DNA from: Thermodesulfobacteriota bacterium
Lineage (GTDB): Bacteria; Desulfobacterota; Desulfarculia; JACQYL01
NCBI GenBank assembly: GCA_963675595.2
Contig: CAXXLZ010000002.1
Coordinates: 1,600,001-1,664,000, forward strand
Direction of reading: 5' to 3'
Length of the DNA: 64,000 nt
The position numbers were made by a program, and so were the translations under genes. The notes beneath the pieces were generated by a model. That model ran no database searches, was not told the DNA's origin, and worked only from the letters and a program-made list of their open reading frames with translations. Of this stretch, positions 20,161 to 30,848 are shown one piece after another; the first letter of the stretch is position 1; every line of letters begins with the position of its first letter.

Positions 20161-22044
20161 TATTGATGCCGTCGTAAGAACCCCCCTTTACGAACAGGGC
20201 TGTTTTTTGGAGCATTGGAAGTTCAAGCGGCCATTGCAACACTGCCAAGGTTACTGTCATCGTGACATAGGCTACAAAGACGACGGAAATTATCGTTGCT
20301 GCCTCCCTCTATCGAGTTGGAAAGGGCCTTCTTGGCCTTATCAAGGCGGCTCTGGACGAACCTCTTGATGTTGATGGCCAGGGCCTTCATGAAAACAGAT
20401 AAGGTGACCCGTTTTTTGCCTCGGGTCCACGATCGTTTCAATCCCGTGACCCGATCCGCTTCGGAGATGGTGGCCTCGATGCCGGACCGGATTTTGTAGC
20501 GTTCTTTGAAATCATGGCTTTCCTGCTGTAGTCTGCGCTTGGAGGTCGCCATGTCCTTGCGCTTGTACTTCAGTCGATAATTTCCGCCCTTGATCCGTTT
20601 TACCGGACAGATGGGGAGAAATTCGCATAGGAGACAGTGCTCGCGGGAAAACACGGCTTCCACCGCTTTGCCGCGGTCAACGATCTTGCATTCAAGTGGC
20701 GCGTGCCCCCGGATACAGTAAACGACCTGGGTGCAGTCCTCGTTCGTTTCAAAGTCACTCAACTGCATCTTATTGAGATCCGGCGCTTTTCCGCAAGTCA
20801 CCGGAGCGGTAAGCTCGACTCCGTGCTCGTGAGCTTGAAGGATGTTCTCGCCGCTGCCGTAGCCTGCGTCGGCGAACAACTCTTCGGGTTTGCGGCCCGT
20901 TTCCTCCAGGCGTTCGATAACGGGCATCACGTCTTTCTGGTCGCTGTCATAGGAAGGGGCCACGTCCACATCGGTGATCACCTGGAAGGGATTTTCCTTC
21001 ACGCAGGTCTCCGTGAGGGAAGCCTTATATCCTTTGCCCTTGCGCCCATAGGTGGCGTCGGGATCCGAAGGATTCTGCAGGGAGTCCGCAGGGATTTCCT
21101 TGGGCTTCTCGAGTTCTGTTTTGTCGGGATCTCCCTCGGTGAAACGGCATTGCTCCGACAGTAGTCGGGCCATCAGCCGGTATTCTTTCATTCGGCTGAT
21201 TTCCGGATGACCTCGGAAGCGGTCCACCAGGTCGGCGAGATGGCGGGCGGACTTGTCCAGACGACGCTTGGCCCGCGATGATTTTGCATCGGCAAAATAG
21301 CCTGCGCGCTTCAAGTAGGCCTTGTCGTAAAGTCGGGGCAGTTTCTCATACAACTTGGGATGTTTCTTATGGAGCCGTTTCAAGAACGCCTCGATGGTGC
21401 GCGTAAAGAGCCCCAGACGGCTCAGATGAGCCATGTTGGAAGTGATCTGTGTGGAGTCCAACCGCTGTTTGTCCGTGCTAAGGGCCGCCGTCTCGATGAT
21501 GGCGTCCGTGATTCCGGTAAAGAGGCTCCGCGCTTGCTTGTTGTCGGTAATCAAGGTCCGGAAATTGTGCAGGGTCTTCTGGCAGACGTGAGATTCAAAG
21601 GCGTTGATGTTGAAGGCATATTGCCAACGCAGATCGAAGTCCAGAGCGCCCAAGACTTCCGCATCGGTCAGGCTGTTCATTTCCTTCAAAACACACGCTC
21701 CGACAAGGATGGCCACGGGTCTGTTGGGCCTGCCGTTGTCCTCACAGTAGAAAGGCCGGAAAGACTCCTCATCGATCATGGGAAGCACCAGGCGCCGGAA
21801 CGGACCGGCCCACGTCTTCTCCAACGCCTCGATCCTGTCTGCGGGAAGGCAAATATCGTGGTCGAAAATGGTCTTTTGCGTTCTCTTAGGCCGAAACAAA
21901 ACAACCCCCCTAAGGACCATATTATTAATCAAGTCAGATACTTATCATACAGGACCCAAAAGAAAGGTCAACCCATAAATGCCATTTTTATTCATATTTT
22001 CAACTAGATACCTTTACGGAGAGGTTTTTACGAACTCATCAATA
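20161..22044 (-). mobile_element. Insertion sequence (IS1182/IS5-like)
   Basis: Imperfect terminal IRs TATTGATGccgTCGTAAgAACC / TATTGATGagtTCGTAAaAACC. Confidence 0.8.
20223..21932 (-). CDS. DDE transposase (DUF772 N-terminus)
   Basis: NGRPN, RLDST, DPDATY, ADAGY and YKIRSGIEAT motifs. True start is probably slightly downstream of the track start. Confidence 0.9.
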   Translation of the reverse strand: MINNMVLRGVVLFRPKRTQKTIFDHDICLPADRIEALEKTWAGPFRRLVLPMIDEESFRPFYCEDNGRPNRPVAILVGACVLKEMNSLTDAEVLGALDFDLRWQYAFNINAFESHVCQKTLHNFRTLITDNKQARSLFTGITDAIIETAALSTDKQRLDSTQITSNMAHLSRLGLFTRTIEAFLKRLHKKHPKLYEKLPRLYDKAYLKRAGYFADAKSSRAKRRLDKSARHLADLVDRFRGHPEISRMKEYRLMARLLSEQCRFTEGDPDKTELEKPKEIPADSLQNPSDPDATYGRKGKGYKASLTETCVKENPFQVITDVDVAPSYDSDQKDVMPVIERLEETGRKPEELFADAGYGSGENILQAHEHGVELTAPVTCGKAPDLNKMQLSDFETNEDCTQVVYCIRGHAPLECKIVDRGKAVEAVFSREHCLLCEFLPICPVKRIKGGNYRLKYKRKDMATSKRRLQQESHDFKERYKIRSGIEATISEADRVTGLKRSWTRGKKRVTLSVFMKALAINIKRFVQSRLDKAKKALSNSIEGGSNDNFRRLCSLCHDDSNLGSVAMAA

Positions 22045-22051
22045 TTGTAAA

Positions 22052-23600
22052 CTAGAGTTTAGAGTCTGGCGACCCTTGGTATAGGAAAAGTGCGAATAAA
22101 GACAACAAAGTACTTGACATTGCCGCGCGGATGCGCGGCCGCCTTTGGTGGCCCTTTAAGGAAAGAAACCTTTCCTTGGGGGTCAACCAATGGATTCGAC
22201 GGCTCAAGCACTTATGCTCCTATCGCAGTGGATTTCCTTTCTATTTCAGGCCGTTCCGTGCAGAATCGCTCCGACTCTTCTGGAACTCCTGATGGGATGT
22301 ATGGTCTGCCGCGGCGGCCATATTTCTTCCGCGCTTCTGGCCGTTCGGCCCCAGTTGTCCTGGACCGCCTATTACAAGGCCATCGAAAAGGGCCGATTCC
22401 AATGGCTTGCGCTAGCCCGGCAATGGATGCGCCTGATCCTGAAACGGATTCCAAACCGATCCATCGAGTTCGCCATAGACGACTTCCCTTTGCCCAGATC
22501 GTCCAAGAAAGCTCCCTGCGCCGGTTGGCATTACGATCACGCGCACCGGCCCAACCGCCCCAAATTCCTGTGGGGACAGCTTCGGGTTTCTCTGGCTGTC
22601 ATCTGCCGCCACAAGGGCCGGGTAGCCGCGTTTCCCCTCTTGTTTCGGCTCATCCGCAAGAAAGGGACACCACCAAACTGGACGCAGCGCGGCTCTTGAT
22701 GTCCGTTCTCATGACTTGGCTGCCGGATCGCTTTCTCATTATTCTGCTGCTCGATGCCTGGTATATGAAAGGCTCCCTGGTGCTTCACCTGATTCGCAAA
22801 GGTGTGACGGTCATCGGCCAAGTCCGCAAAGATACGGCCCTGTTCTTGCCTCCGGACAATCCGCCTCCGAAGAAACGGGGCAGACCCAGAAAGTATGGGG
22901 AAAAACTCACGTTGGAAAACATCGGACGATTCTGTCGTCCGGTGGAGAAAACCCTCTTTGCCTACGGCTCGGAACGAGTTTTCCAGTTCTACCAAACCAA
23001 AGCCAAAGTCCGCTTCCTGGACGGCCGGTTGTGCAAGATCGTGTGGTGCCGGTTTATGTCCGACAACCCCTCTTGGTCCGATTGGCATCTTCTGATCAGT
23101 ACCGATCCCGACATGGACGGCGCGGAAGTGATTACACGCTATGCACGACGATGGTGGACCGAGCCCATGTTCAACGAGATCAAGCACCTGTTCGGACTGA
23201 AAAATGCTTGGCAGCAGACACGGCAGACATTGGCTCGATGGAGCATGATCTTGTGCCTGGCCTACGGCTTGCCACGGCTCTTGGCGCTCTGCCTGGGTCC
23301 CAACGCGGCCTATACGATGTTTCCAATCCCTTGGAGAAAGAACAGGCCCGCCACCGCCGGCGGGATGGCCGCAGCCATCGGTCGTCTTTTCGGCAACTTA
23401 AACGTGCGAGCCATGTGGAACCGGAAATCCAAAAAATTCCAACCGGAATTCACCGATTCTCCGGAAAACTTGGGGCGAGCTGCGTGATATCCGTGTTCAG
23501 TCAATCATCTCAAAGCCTTACGTCAACGGTATTCAACCCGTCTTGGAGAACTATGCTCTTCTATACAAACTTGGCTGCCCCGCATGGCTCTAGACTCTAG
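22052..23600 (+). mobile_element. IS4/IS701-like element, copy 1
   Basis: Ends CTAGAGTTTAGAG...CTCTAGACTCTAG; near-identical to 53245-54794; flanks show no target duplication. Confidence 0.88.
22190..23487 (+). pseudogene. IS4/IS701-like transposase, frameshifted
   Basis: One-base deletion at about 22667 (GGG-AC-ACC versus GGG-AAC-ACC in the intact copy). Confidence 0.85.
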
Positions 23601-24040
23601 TTTCGGGGCCAAAAATAGCGGAAACCACCAATTGCCAGACCCCTCTAATTCCTGTATTTTAACAAGATCAAGCGAGTGGTAGTTCTCCGATCGAGGCATA
23701 ATTTCATAAGAAATTGTCAACAATGCCTCACTTTTTTCAGATAATATGAACAATGGCAATGGCAAAGAGTGCCACGATAGCTGCGGTGACCAAGGCCTTG
23801 GTCTTGGTATGTATTTGATGAGAAACGATTGAGTTTGGAGGTCGAGAATCAGGGAGAATGCTGGTCGTTAAGTATGCAAATGAGAAAGGGATTTTGGTGG
23901 GCGAGCGATTGCATAGGGGCGGTCCTTAAATTCAAGATTTACACATGAGCGCCTGTGAAGAGTGCGTAAACCTGCAAAGCTTTTAGAAGGACAGACAAAG
24001 AGAGTTGGCTTTATCATTAAACAAGCGAGGAGTCTTACAA

Positions 24041-25006
24041 ATGAAGAAGTCAGTAGGTTTGTTTATAGGTATCGCGATGATATTGGCTGCTTCTAGTATA
24101 GCTATATCGGCTGATTACTCAGGCAAGAAAGTGTTGTTCATTGACTCTTACCATGAAGGATATGCCTGGAGTGATGGAATAACTCAAGGCATAAAGAGAG
24201 GTATTAATGGTACGGGCGTGGTGTTTAATATCATTAGAATGGACACCAAAAAGAACACTTCGGAAGAGTTTAAAAAAGAATCTGCTAAGAAGGCCAAGGA
24301 GTTCATTGATACCTTCAAACCCGATGTTGTTATTGCCGCCGACGACAATGCTTCTAAGTACCTTGTCATGCCTTATTATAAAGATGCCGCTTTACCTTTT
24401 GTATTCTGTGGTGTGAACTGGGATGCCGGAGTTTACGGCTATCCTTACAAGAATGTGACTGGAATGGTGGAGGTCACTCCGATCCCACAGATTCTTGAAC
24501 AATTGCAGCCCTATGCCAAAGGCAAACGAATAGGCTTTATTGGACCGGACATCCTCACCGCGCACAAGGAAGCCGAAAACTACCGTAAGGTCTTTAACTA
24601 CGAAATCACGGAATTCTATGCAAAGGATTTCGAAGATTGGAAGAAGGGGTTTAAAGAGCTTCAAGGCAAGGTGGATATGCTGATCATCGACAGCGACGGC
24701 GGCCTCTACAAAGATTACTTGGACGAGATGAAGGCCTTTGTGGAAGCGAACACCAAGGTGCCTACGGGTTCGGCTTACGACTTCATGTCGCCCCTGGCAT
24801 TGCTGACCTACGGCAAGGTCGCAGAAGAACAGGGGGAATGGAGCGCTTCGGCGGCTCTTAAGATTCTGGACGGGACGTCACCTTCTGATATTGCCATCGC
24901 CAAGAACGAAAAGGGAACCTTGATAATCAACACCCGGATCGCCAATAAACTGGGAGTAGAGATTCCTTTCTCCATCCTTGAGTCCGCAGACCAGGTGATC
25001 GAGTAG
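24041..25006 (+). CDS. ABC-type substrate-binding protein (sensor-associated)
   Basis: Signal peptide; IDSYHEGYAWS, DDNA, PFVFCGVN and EQGEWSA motifs. Confidence 0.85.
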   Translation: MKKSVGLFIGIAMILAASSIAISADYSGKKVLFIDSYHEGYAWSDGITQGIKRGINGTGVVFNIIRMDTKKNTSEEFKKESAKKAKEFIDTFKPDVVIAADDNASKYLVMPYYKDAALPFVFCGVNWDAGVYGYPYKNVTGMVEVTPIPQILEQLQPYAKGKRIGFIGPDILTAHKEAENYRKVFNYEITEFYAKDFEDWKKGFKELQGKVDMLIIDSDGGLYKDYLDEMKAFVEANTKVPTGSAYDFMSPLALLTYGKVAEEQGEWSASAALKILDGTSPSDIAIAKNEKGTLIINTRIANKLGVEIPFSILESADQVIE

Positions 25007-25133
25007 CCTTGGTCGTTGAATGTGTGCCTGGGATACGACCTATCTTGAGGTTCTTTCCCAGGCTTTCTTTCATTGGAACGTAAGAGACATCCCTGATTCG
25101 ATCCAAAGCTTTATGGTCCAAAAGGAATCAGAT

Positions 25134-27035
25134 ATGAAGTTCGGTCTCAAAACAAAATTTCTTGTACCCGTAATTTCACTAATTATCATTGGGATGGGAA
25201 TTTCGGCATCGATTTCCTATTTCAGAGCTAGGACCGCCCTTCAAGAGGCTTTTAACGGTCAAATGAATCAACTCGTCGACTCAACCCTCAAGTTCGCCGA
25301 ATCCTGGGCGAAAGACAGAAAATCCGACATCAACCTCTTGAGCCAACAAAACATATTCAATACGGCGCTGAAAGATTCATTTGTAGGCAAAGCGGCGAGG
25401 AAGTCGGCGGGCATTTGGCTGAGACAATACAAGGAGGGGTATCAATACTACGAAAATATCTACCTAGCCGATGCCACGGGTGAGATCATTGCTGCTTCGG
25501 CCGAAGATTCAATGACTAATATGAATGTCAAGGATCAGTTGTATTTCCAGAAAGCAATGAAAGGAGATTTCGTAACTTCAGAAGTGTTTGAAAGCCCACA
25601 AACCGGAAACCCGATCCTTGTGATTGCGGCTCCAGTGAAAGAAGGCGAATTGGTTTCCGGCACAGTATTCGGTTTTCTGGACGTCAACTATTTCAGCAAA
25701 CTGTTCGTGGATCCCATTAAAGTGGGAACCACGGGTTACGCATATATTTGTCGAAAAGATGGAATGATCATCGCTCATCCGGACAAAGGTCATATTCTGG
25801 AATTAAACTTAACAGATTTTAATTTCGGTCGTGACATGATGAAATCTGGAAGCGGTCTTATGGTGTACAATTTTGAAGAAGTCGAACAGATTGTAGCTTT
25901 CACAGAATTAGAATCATTGGGATGGATCATTGCTGTTGGTGCGGTCGCGGACGAACTATTCTCTCCGGTAAAATCCCTAAGCTACACGAATGCACTGGTT
26001 GCCCTTTCCGTAGTAGCGCTGGCGGTTTTTTCGATCCTCCTGATCGTTCAATCTATCGTTAAACCTATTAACGGGATGGTATCGGACTTAAATGAGGCGT
26101 CCGAGCAAGTATCCTCCGGCGCGGCCCAAGTATCGAGATCAAGTCATGAACTCGCTGAGGGAGCATCTGATCAGGCGGCGTCCATAGAGGAGACCTCTTC
26201 GTCTCTTGAAGAAATGTCGTCCATGACCAGGCAAAACGCTGAGAACTCGAAACAGGCTGATAACCTTATGACGGAAGTAAAGCAGATTGTCGGTGAAGCG
26301 AATGAATCCATGGGCAGACTGACCGCCTCTATGGATGAGATATTCAGAGCCAGCGAAGAAACATCCAGGATCATAAGAAGTATTGATGAAATCGCCTTTC
26401 AGACCAACTTGTTGGCGTTGAACGCGGCGGTGGAGGCTGCGAGAGCGGGTGAGGCCGGGGCTGGTTTCGCAGTGGTTGCCGATGAGGTAAGAAACCTTGC
26501 CATGAGGTCCACGGAAGCGGCAAAAAACACCGCTGCCCTAATCGAGGGTACAAGGAAGAAAGTAAAAGAAGGTTCGGCATTGGTGAACAGCACCAACGAA
26601 GCTTTTTCCAGGGTGGCTGACGGCTCCGGACGAGTGGCGGCATTGGTGGGCGAAATTGCAGCCGCATCCAATGAACAGGCTCAAGGGATAGAGCAAATCA
26701 ATAAGGCGGTAACCGAAATGGACAGAATCGTTCAAAGAACGGCCGCCAATGCGGAAGAGTCCGCTTCAGCATCCGAACAAATGAATGCTCAAGCAAGGCA
26801 GATGACAACCGTTGTGGATGAACTCGTGATTTTAGTCGGTACGAAGGAAAATCATAAGAAGCCGGATAGAAAAGAAAAGCTTGGTCATGAACATACTCAG
26901 AAGATGGACAAGGTATATCGAGTCGTTTCCCCGGTTGAAGGACGAAAGAAGATAGACGAGGTTGTAGCTCCGAAGCCCAAAAAAGTGTCGTCTGAAAAGC
27001 TGATCTCTCTGAACGAGGATTCCCAAAGAAAATAG
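25134..27035 (+). CDS. Methyl-accepting chemotaxis protein with Cache domain
   Basis: TM-Cache (GYAYI..IIAHPD)-TM architecture plus [34 protein letters not shown]. Confidence 0.95.
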   Translation: MKFGLKTKFLVPVISLIIIGMGISASISYFRARTALQEAFNGQMNQLVDSTLKFAESWAKDRKSDINLLSQQNIFNTALKDSFVGKAARKSAGIWLRQYKEGYQYYENIYLADATGEIIAASAEDSMTNMNVKDQLYFQKAMKGDFVTSEVFESPQTGNPILVIAAPVKEGELVSGTVFGFLDVNYFSKLFVDPIKVGTTGYAYICRKDGMIIAHPDKGHILELNLTDFNFGRDMMKSGSGLMVYNFEEVEQIVAFTELESLGWIIAVGAVADELFSPVKSLSYTNALVALSVVALAVFSILLIVQSIVKPINGMVSDLNEASEQVSSGAAQVSRSSHELAEGASDQAASIEETSSSLEEMSSMTRQNAENSKQADNLMTEVKQIVGEANESMGRLTASMDEIFRASEETSRIIRSIDEIAFQTNLLALNAAVEAARAGEAGAGFAVVADEVRNLAMRSTEAAKNTAALIEGTRKKVKEGSALVNSTNEAFSRVADGSGRVAALVGEIAAASNEQAQGIEQINKAVTEMDRIVQRTAANAEESASASEQMNAQARQMTTVVDELVILVGTKENHKKPDRKEKLGHEHTQKMDKVYRVVSPVEGRKKIDEVVAPKPKKVSSEKLISLNEDSQRK

Positions 27036-27042
27036 ACTTCAG

Positions 27043-27299
27043 GGTGCAAGTTGAACCTTGACCAAGCGGATGTGCTTATCGCTCTTCTGGACGGCCCGCA
27101 GGTTGACGACGGAACAGCCTGGGAGATCGGCTACTTCTTTTCGATCAGGGAGCGGTCAAGAATTATCGGGATCAGGACTGATGTCCGGAACGCCGGAGAG
27201 TCCAGTAACTCCGTTGTCAATGCGATGATCGAAATGTCCTGTGGGCGGGTTGTCCGGTCGGTGGAGGAGCTTCTGGAGACGCTGTCGGCAATGATCTGA
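27043..27299 (+). pseudogene. Nucleoside 2-deoxyribosyltransferase, 3' fragment
   Basis: ADVLIALLDGPQVDDGTAWEIGY..RTDVRNAGE..VNAMI; the YLAGP N-terminus is missing. Confidence 0.8.
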
Positions 27300-27787
27300 T
27301 AAGATGTTTTTTTTCCGAATAAGCCCGGAATCCGCTTCCAGCATTCACCCTTTTTCTCCTCCTCCGGGCTCCTGCCAACAGGATTTCGCCATATATGGAC
27401 AGATTCAGAGCTCTCCCCTGGGATAATCCTTTAACCCTGTCAGCCGCAGCGCCCGAATGAATTCACTGGTGCACTCTCCCCTTCTGACTTCAGCCTTCTT
27501 TGTCTCAGCATCCCTGGATGCTCGGCCATTGTCTGTTGGCGGTTTTAGTCTTGCATACACGGCGACAGTTGAGAAAAACCGGCAGGAGGGGTATTGTCGA
27601 AAGCCATGTGAAAAGGATTCTAAACAGGTTCGGCCCCACCGTTTTGGAGATATTGAGCGGCTCGAGTCCTTTCAATTCCTCATGCCTGCGCAAGAACCTC
27701 GAAGAGATCGGCAAGAAAGCGTTGCTTTGCCTCTGTTTGAGAAAGGTGCCACATAAATTAGGGTTAGACCGTTAAGGATCAAGGAAG

Positions 27788-28459
27788 ATGGAATTATTCT
27801 CACTTGATGATGACTTCAAGCGATACCAACGATTACGCCAAGTCGGCTTTGCAATAAATGCTACCCTGACCAAACAAATTCCCAAGCCTGCCGTCCTCAA
27901 GTACGCCAAAAAACTTGGCATGATCAATAGAAAGACGATCGTTTTTCAGAACGAAACGGAACTTGATATCCTCACTGACTACATCCTTTACAATCATCGC
28001 CCCAAGGGAAAGAATTTGGTCGAACGGTACCTTGAATCTATTGATCTGCCACCATTTTCCGATGAGATGACCGTCCTCCAGGGAATGGTCAATTCTCGTT
28101 ACTCAGTTTTCTTCGCTGAAAGGGTCCTGAAAGGTAAGGGATTGGAACTTACCGACGTCTTGAAGCGGGACACCTTAGCTCTTATGGACAAGAACCTGGG
28201 GATGAGCCATGTAGAAGGTGCTATTTTTGCAGGCAGGGTTATTCCGTTGAGGAATTTCTACATGACTTCAGGGGCATTTCTTCCAGTTGATTCAGATATT
28301 TTTGAACACCATATTGTCCCGGATTTAATTGCAATCGCGGGGAAAGCAGACAATCAGGTTGAAGTGTCGTTGACCAAAGGACAGGTAGCTTCCTTCTCAG
28401 CAAAGATTATCCGATTGATTCTTAAATCGGACTTAATGGAACGAACGGTTTTTCAATGA
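27788..28459 (+). CDS. Hypothetical protein
   Basis: 223-aa ORF with SD AAGGA and natural composition. Confidence 0.7.
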   Translation: MELFSLDDDFKRYQRLRQVGFAINATLTKQIPKPAVLKYAKKLGMINRKTIVFQNETELDILTDYILYNHRPKGKNLVERYLESIDLPPFSDEMTVLQGMVNSRYSVFFAERVLKGKGLELTDVLKRDTLALMDKNLGMSHVEGAIFAGRVIPLRNFYMTSGAFLPVDSDIFEHHIVPDLIAIAGKADNQVEVSLTKGQVASFSAKIIRLILKSDLMERTVFQ

Positions 28460-28661
28460 TCCACACAAAGCCTTTGTTCCAAAGGGATGTCAAGGATGGG
28501 ATCAAGCAGGAGGAAGAATACTCCTCTCTGGGACAAGATCGGCTTTCATCGGTTTGAGGCCACCTGTAAAGTGGAAAGTGAAATGGGGACCACCCGTGGC
28601 AAAGCTTCTGATAGAGGTCATCGCATACAACTTTGCCCACATGGCCAGGCATTGCAAGTGA

Positions 28662-28868
28662 TTATCCTGCGAACAACTTTTCGACCAAAGCTTCGGCCTC
28701 TGCCTCGATCTTCAGATCATTCAAATGCTCCAGCGGTACCACCGAGATAACTTCCTCGTACTTTTCTCTGGAGAGACCAGTGCCTTTCCAGGGCTTACTG
28801 GTGAGGTATTGCTTCTTTGTGATGCCGAGGCGTTGCCATGGCTTGAGGCGCTGTCTGGTATAGTCCAT
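28662..28868 (-). CDS. Small hypothetical protein with internal KPW repeat
   Basis: KPWQRLGITKKQY / KPWKGTGLSREKY duplication. Confidence 0.55.
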   Translation of the reverse strand: MDYTRQRLKPWQRLGITKKQYLTSKPWKGTGLSREKYEEVISVVPLEHLNDLKIEAEAEALVEKLFAG

Positions 28869-29196
28869 GCTGCTGATTTTAGCATATTACCTTTCGGGAT
28901 CAAATCATAGAAGCTCTGGCGAAGGATAGGATTGGCCTATCGACATGGCGTCAGCGACGAGTAACTACCGTTTTCTTCACGGCTAAAGGCATAAATGGGA
29001 TTCGGCTCCATCGCCGAAAGCCCTATTTAAGCCTTTCCCCTCTTCAAGGGTCGCCTGAAAACAACTTCCATCCGTTTGTCGGATCGGTTTAGCAGGTTTG
29101 GTCTTGCCGCCTTCCTTGAGGCAGACCTCCACTCTCTCGGTGAATCCACAGCCGAGAGAGTCCGGTCAATGAATCGGACCCCGGGAGGAAGGCATC

Positions 29197-29751
29197 ATGA
29201 AACAAGAACAAGTTGTTGTTGAATATGGCGTACTCGACGCGCCGGTACCCGCAGGACTGAAGATTTTACGAAACAGCGATCCTTGGCTTAGATACAGCGA
29301 CGACGAAAAGGATGAGGCGCTGGAATTCATCGCCTGGTATGTGCAATCCGAGCACGCGCCCCTCATGAGAATACCCGAGGCCTCATACGAGAGTGCATGG
29401 TTCGACTGGTCCGATCCGGAGAGCGCGTTCAATACCTGGGACTTCGAGCGAGTCTGCGGAAAATTCGAGGTAGACAAACGGCGATACAGGATCGGCAAAG
29501 TGCTCGAGCACATCCGGGACCTGGCGATCATGCACAGCTGCCTTTCGAATGATGACGGCAGGCGAAACACGCTCGCACGAGCCAGTATCCTTATCGAGGA
29601 CGAGTTCATGGGCCCGGCAGTGGAGCACATGAGACGCTCCCAAGTAAGTCGTGATCGAGAGCAGGCTTTCGAGCATCGCCGCAAGGCAAGGGAGCTTGTC
29701 GGGCTGGTCGAGAAAGCGTCGGAGATTTGGCAGGGGCTACAAGGCCCCTGA
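29197..29751 (+). CDS. Hypothetical protein
   Basis: 184 aa, strong SD GGGAGG. Confidence 0.7.
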   Translation: MKQEQVVVEYGVLDAPVPAGLKILRNSDPWLRYSDDEKDEALEFIAWYVQSEHAPLMRIPEASYESAWFDWSDPESAFNTWDFERVCGKFEVDKRRYRIGKVLEHIRDLAIMHSCLSNDDGRRNTLARASILIEDEFMGPAVEHMRRSQVSRDREQAFEHRRKARELVGLVEKASEIWQGLQGP

Positions 29752-29925
29752 TTCGCTTCAGAACGTCGTTTCATTGCAGAGCGGCCATGGAGTCGTTCGA
29801 TGGTTGCTCTCCCCTATGCGCTCTGCGTATGGAGGGTTAAGGACGGCTCCTTAATAAGCTTTGCGGCTGGATGTCCTGTGCGTGGGTCAATGTGGGTGCT
29901 TCTTTGATGGCCGTGCTTTTGGTAA

Positions 29926-30321
29926 TTGTCGTCTGCAATTTGGTCGAGGAGCAGGAATTGCGTCGAGCGTTTTCGAAAAGTGCGATCATCTGACATTCAG
30001 CTACGGCAATGGCTGAGTAATGCGGCCATATACGGATCGTATCTGTACGAGCCGGGCATGGCGCTCCTCAATGTGCCTGGAAGGTTTGATGTGAAGCTGA
30101 GGCCGGGGTCGGTAGTATTTCTTCATCCGATGAAGAAAACTTTGCTTGAGCATGCGATCTATCCGGCGGATCATTGCACGCCTTTTTGGAAGTTGCCGGT
30201 GGATGGGACCTGCTATTTCCACATGGAGTGTCCGGCGGCCGAGAAGTATGTCCTCTTTCTTACATTGAAACGATTCGAGGAAGTGATCGGTTTTGGACTT
30301 CCGGATGAGCCGGATTCATAG
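29926..30321 (+). CDS. Hypothetical protein
   Basis: 131-aa ORF; start uncertain. Confidence 0.45.
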   Translation: MSSAIWSRSRNCVERFRKVRSSDIQLRQWLSNAAIYGSYLYEPGMALLNVPGRFDVKLRPGSVVFLHPMKKTLLEHAIYPADHCTPFWKLPVDGTCYFHMECPAAEKYVLFLTLKRFEEVIGFGLPDEPDS

Positions 30322-30496
30322 GATTACGAGATCGTAACTCTGTGGGTCGGAGGGGACAGCCGATGGAACGTTCCGGGCTTCGAGATCAGGGAGGTTTGAG
30401 CAGTGGTTTGAACCCTGTCGGGTTCTGGTGAGTCGGGTTCTAACGAACCCAACGCTCCTTAGCCTTTCGGGCGGGGCCCGCCTTCGGCGGGTGGCT

Positions 30497-30560
30497 GATG
30501 TTGATGGTGATGGTGATGGTGGTCGTGGAAGGTGTGGTTTGGTGTGGTTTGGTGTGGTTC
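30497..30560 (+). repeat. Simple repeats (GATGGT)n and (GGTGTGGTTT)x3
   Basis: Read directly from the sequence. Confidence 0.85.
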
Positions 30561-30789
30561 ATGGTTTAGGGGGCGCGTTGGTGAGGGCTTCGAGTCAAGA
30601 ATTCTGATGTGATGGTTTTTTGTTGATTTGGATCGAAAGACGGTGGTTTTGAAAGAAGTCGAGTTTATTTGCCGAGAGATGGTTTCAGAAAAGTTTATCC
30701 TTGTTTGGAAGAGTTTATTCCCTGGTTTGGTATGGAGTAAAACCCTCCGATTTCTCCTTTCATCCCGACGTTTCAGAGGGCTCACGTTG

Positions 30790-30828
30790 GAAAAAAGAGA
30801 GACCGCAAAACGGTCTCTCTCTCGTTTG
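30790..30828 (-). terminator. Intrinsic terminator of the radical SAM operon
   Basis: GAGAGACCG/CGGTCTCTC stem plus U-tract on the minus strand. Confidence 0.7.
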
Positions 30829-30848
30829 GGGTTCCGGGTAAATCAGGA

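Noticed and set aside
23600-24040. Riboswitch upstream of the SBP-MCP pair
   Set aside because: No recognisable c-di-GMP or other aptamer consensus by eye.
30459-30785. Poly-His ORF
   Set aside because: The His run comes from the GATGGT microsatellite, and I saw no convincing SD.
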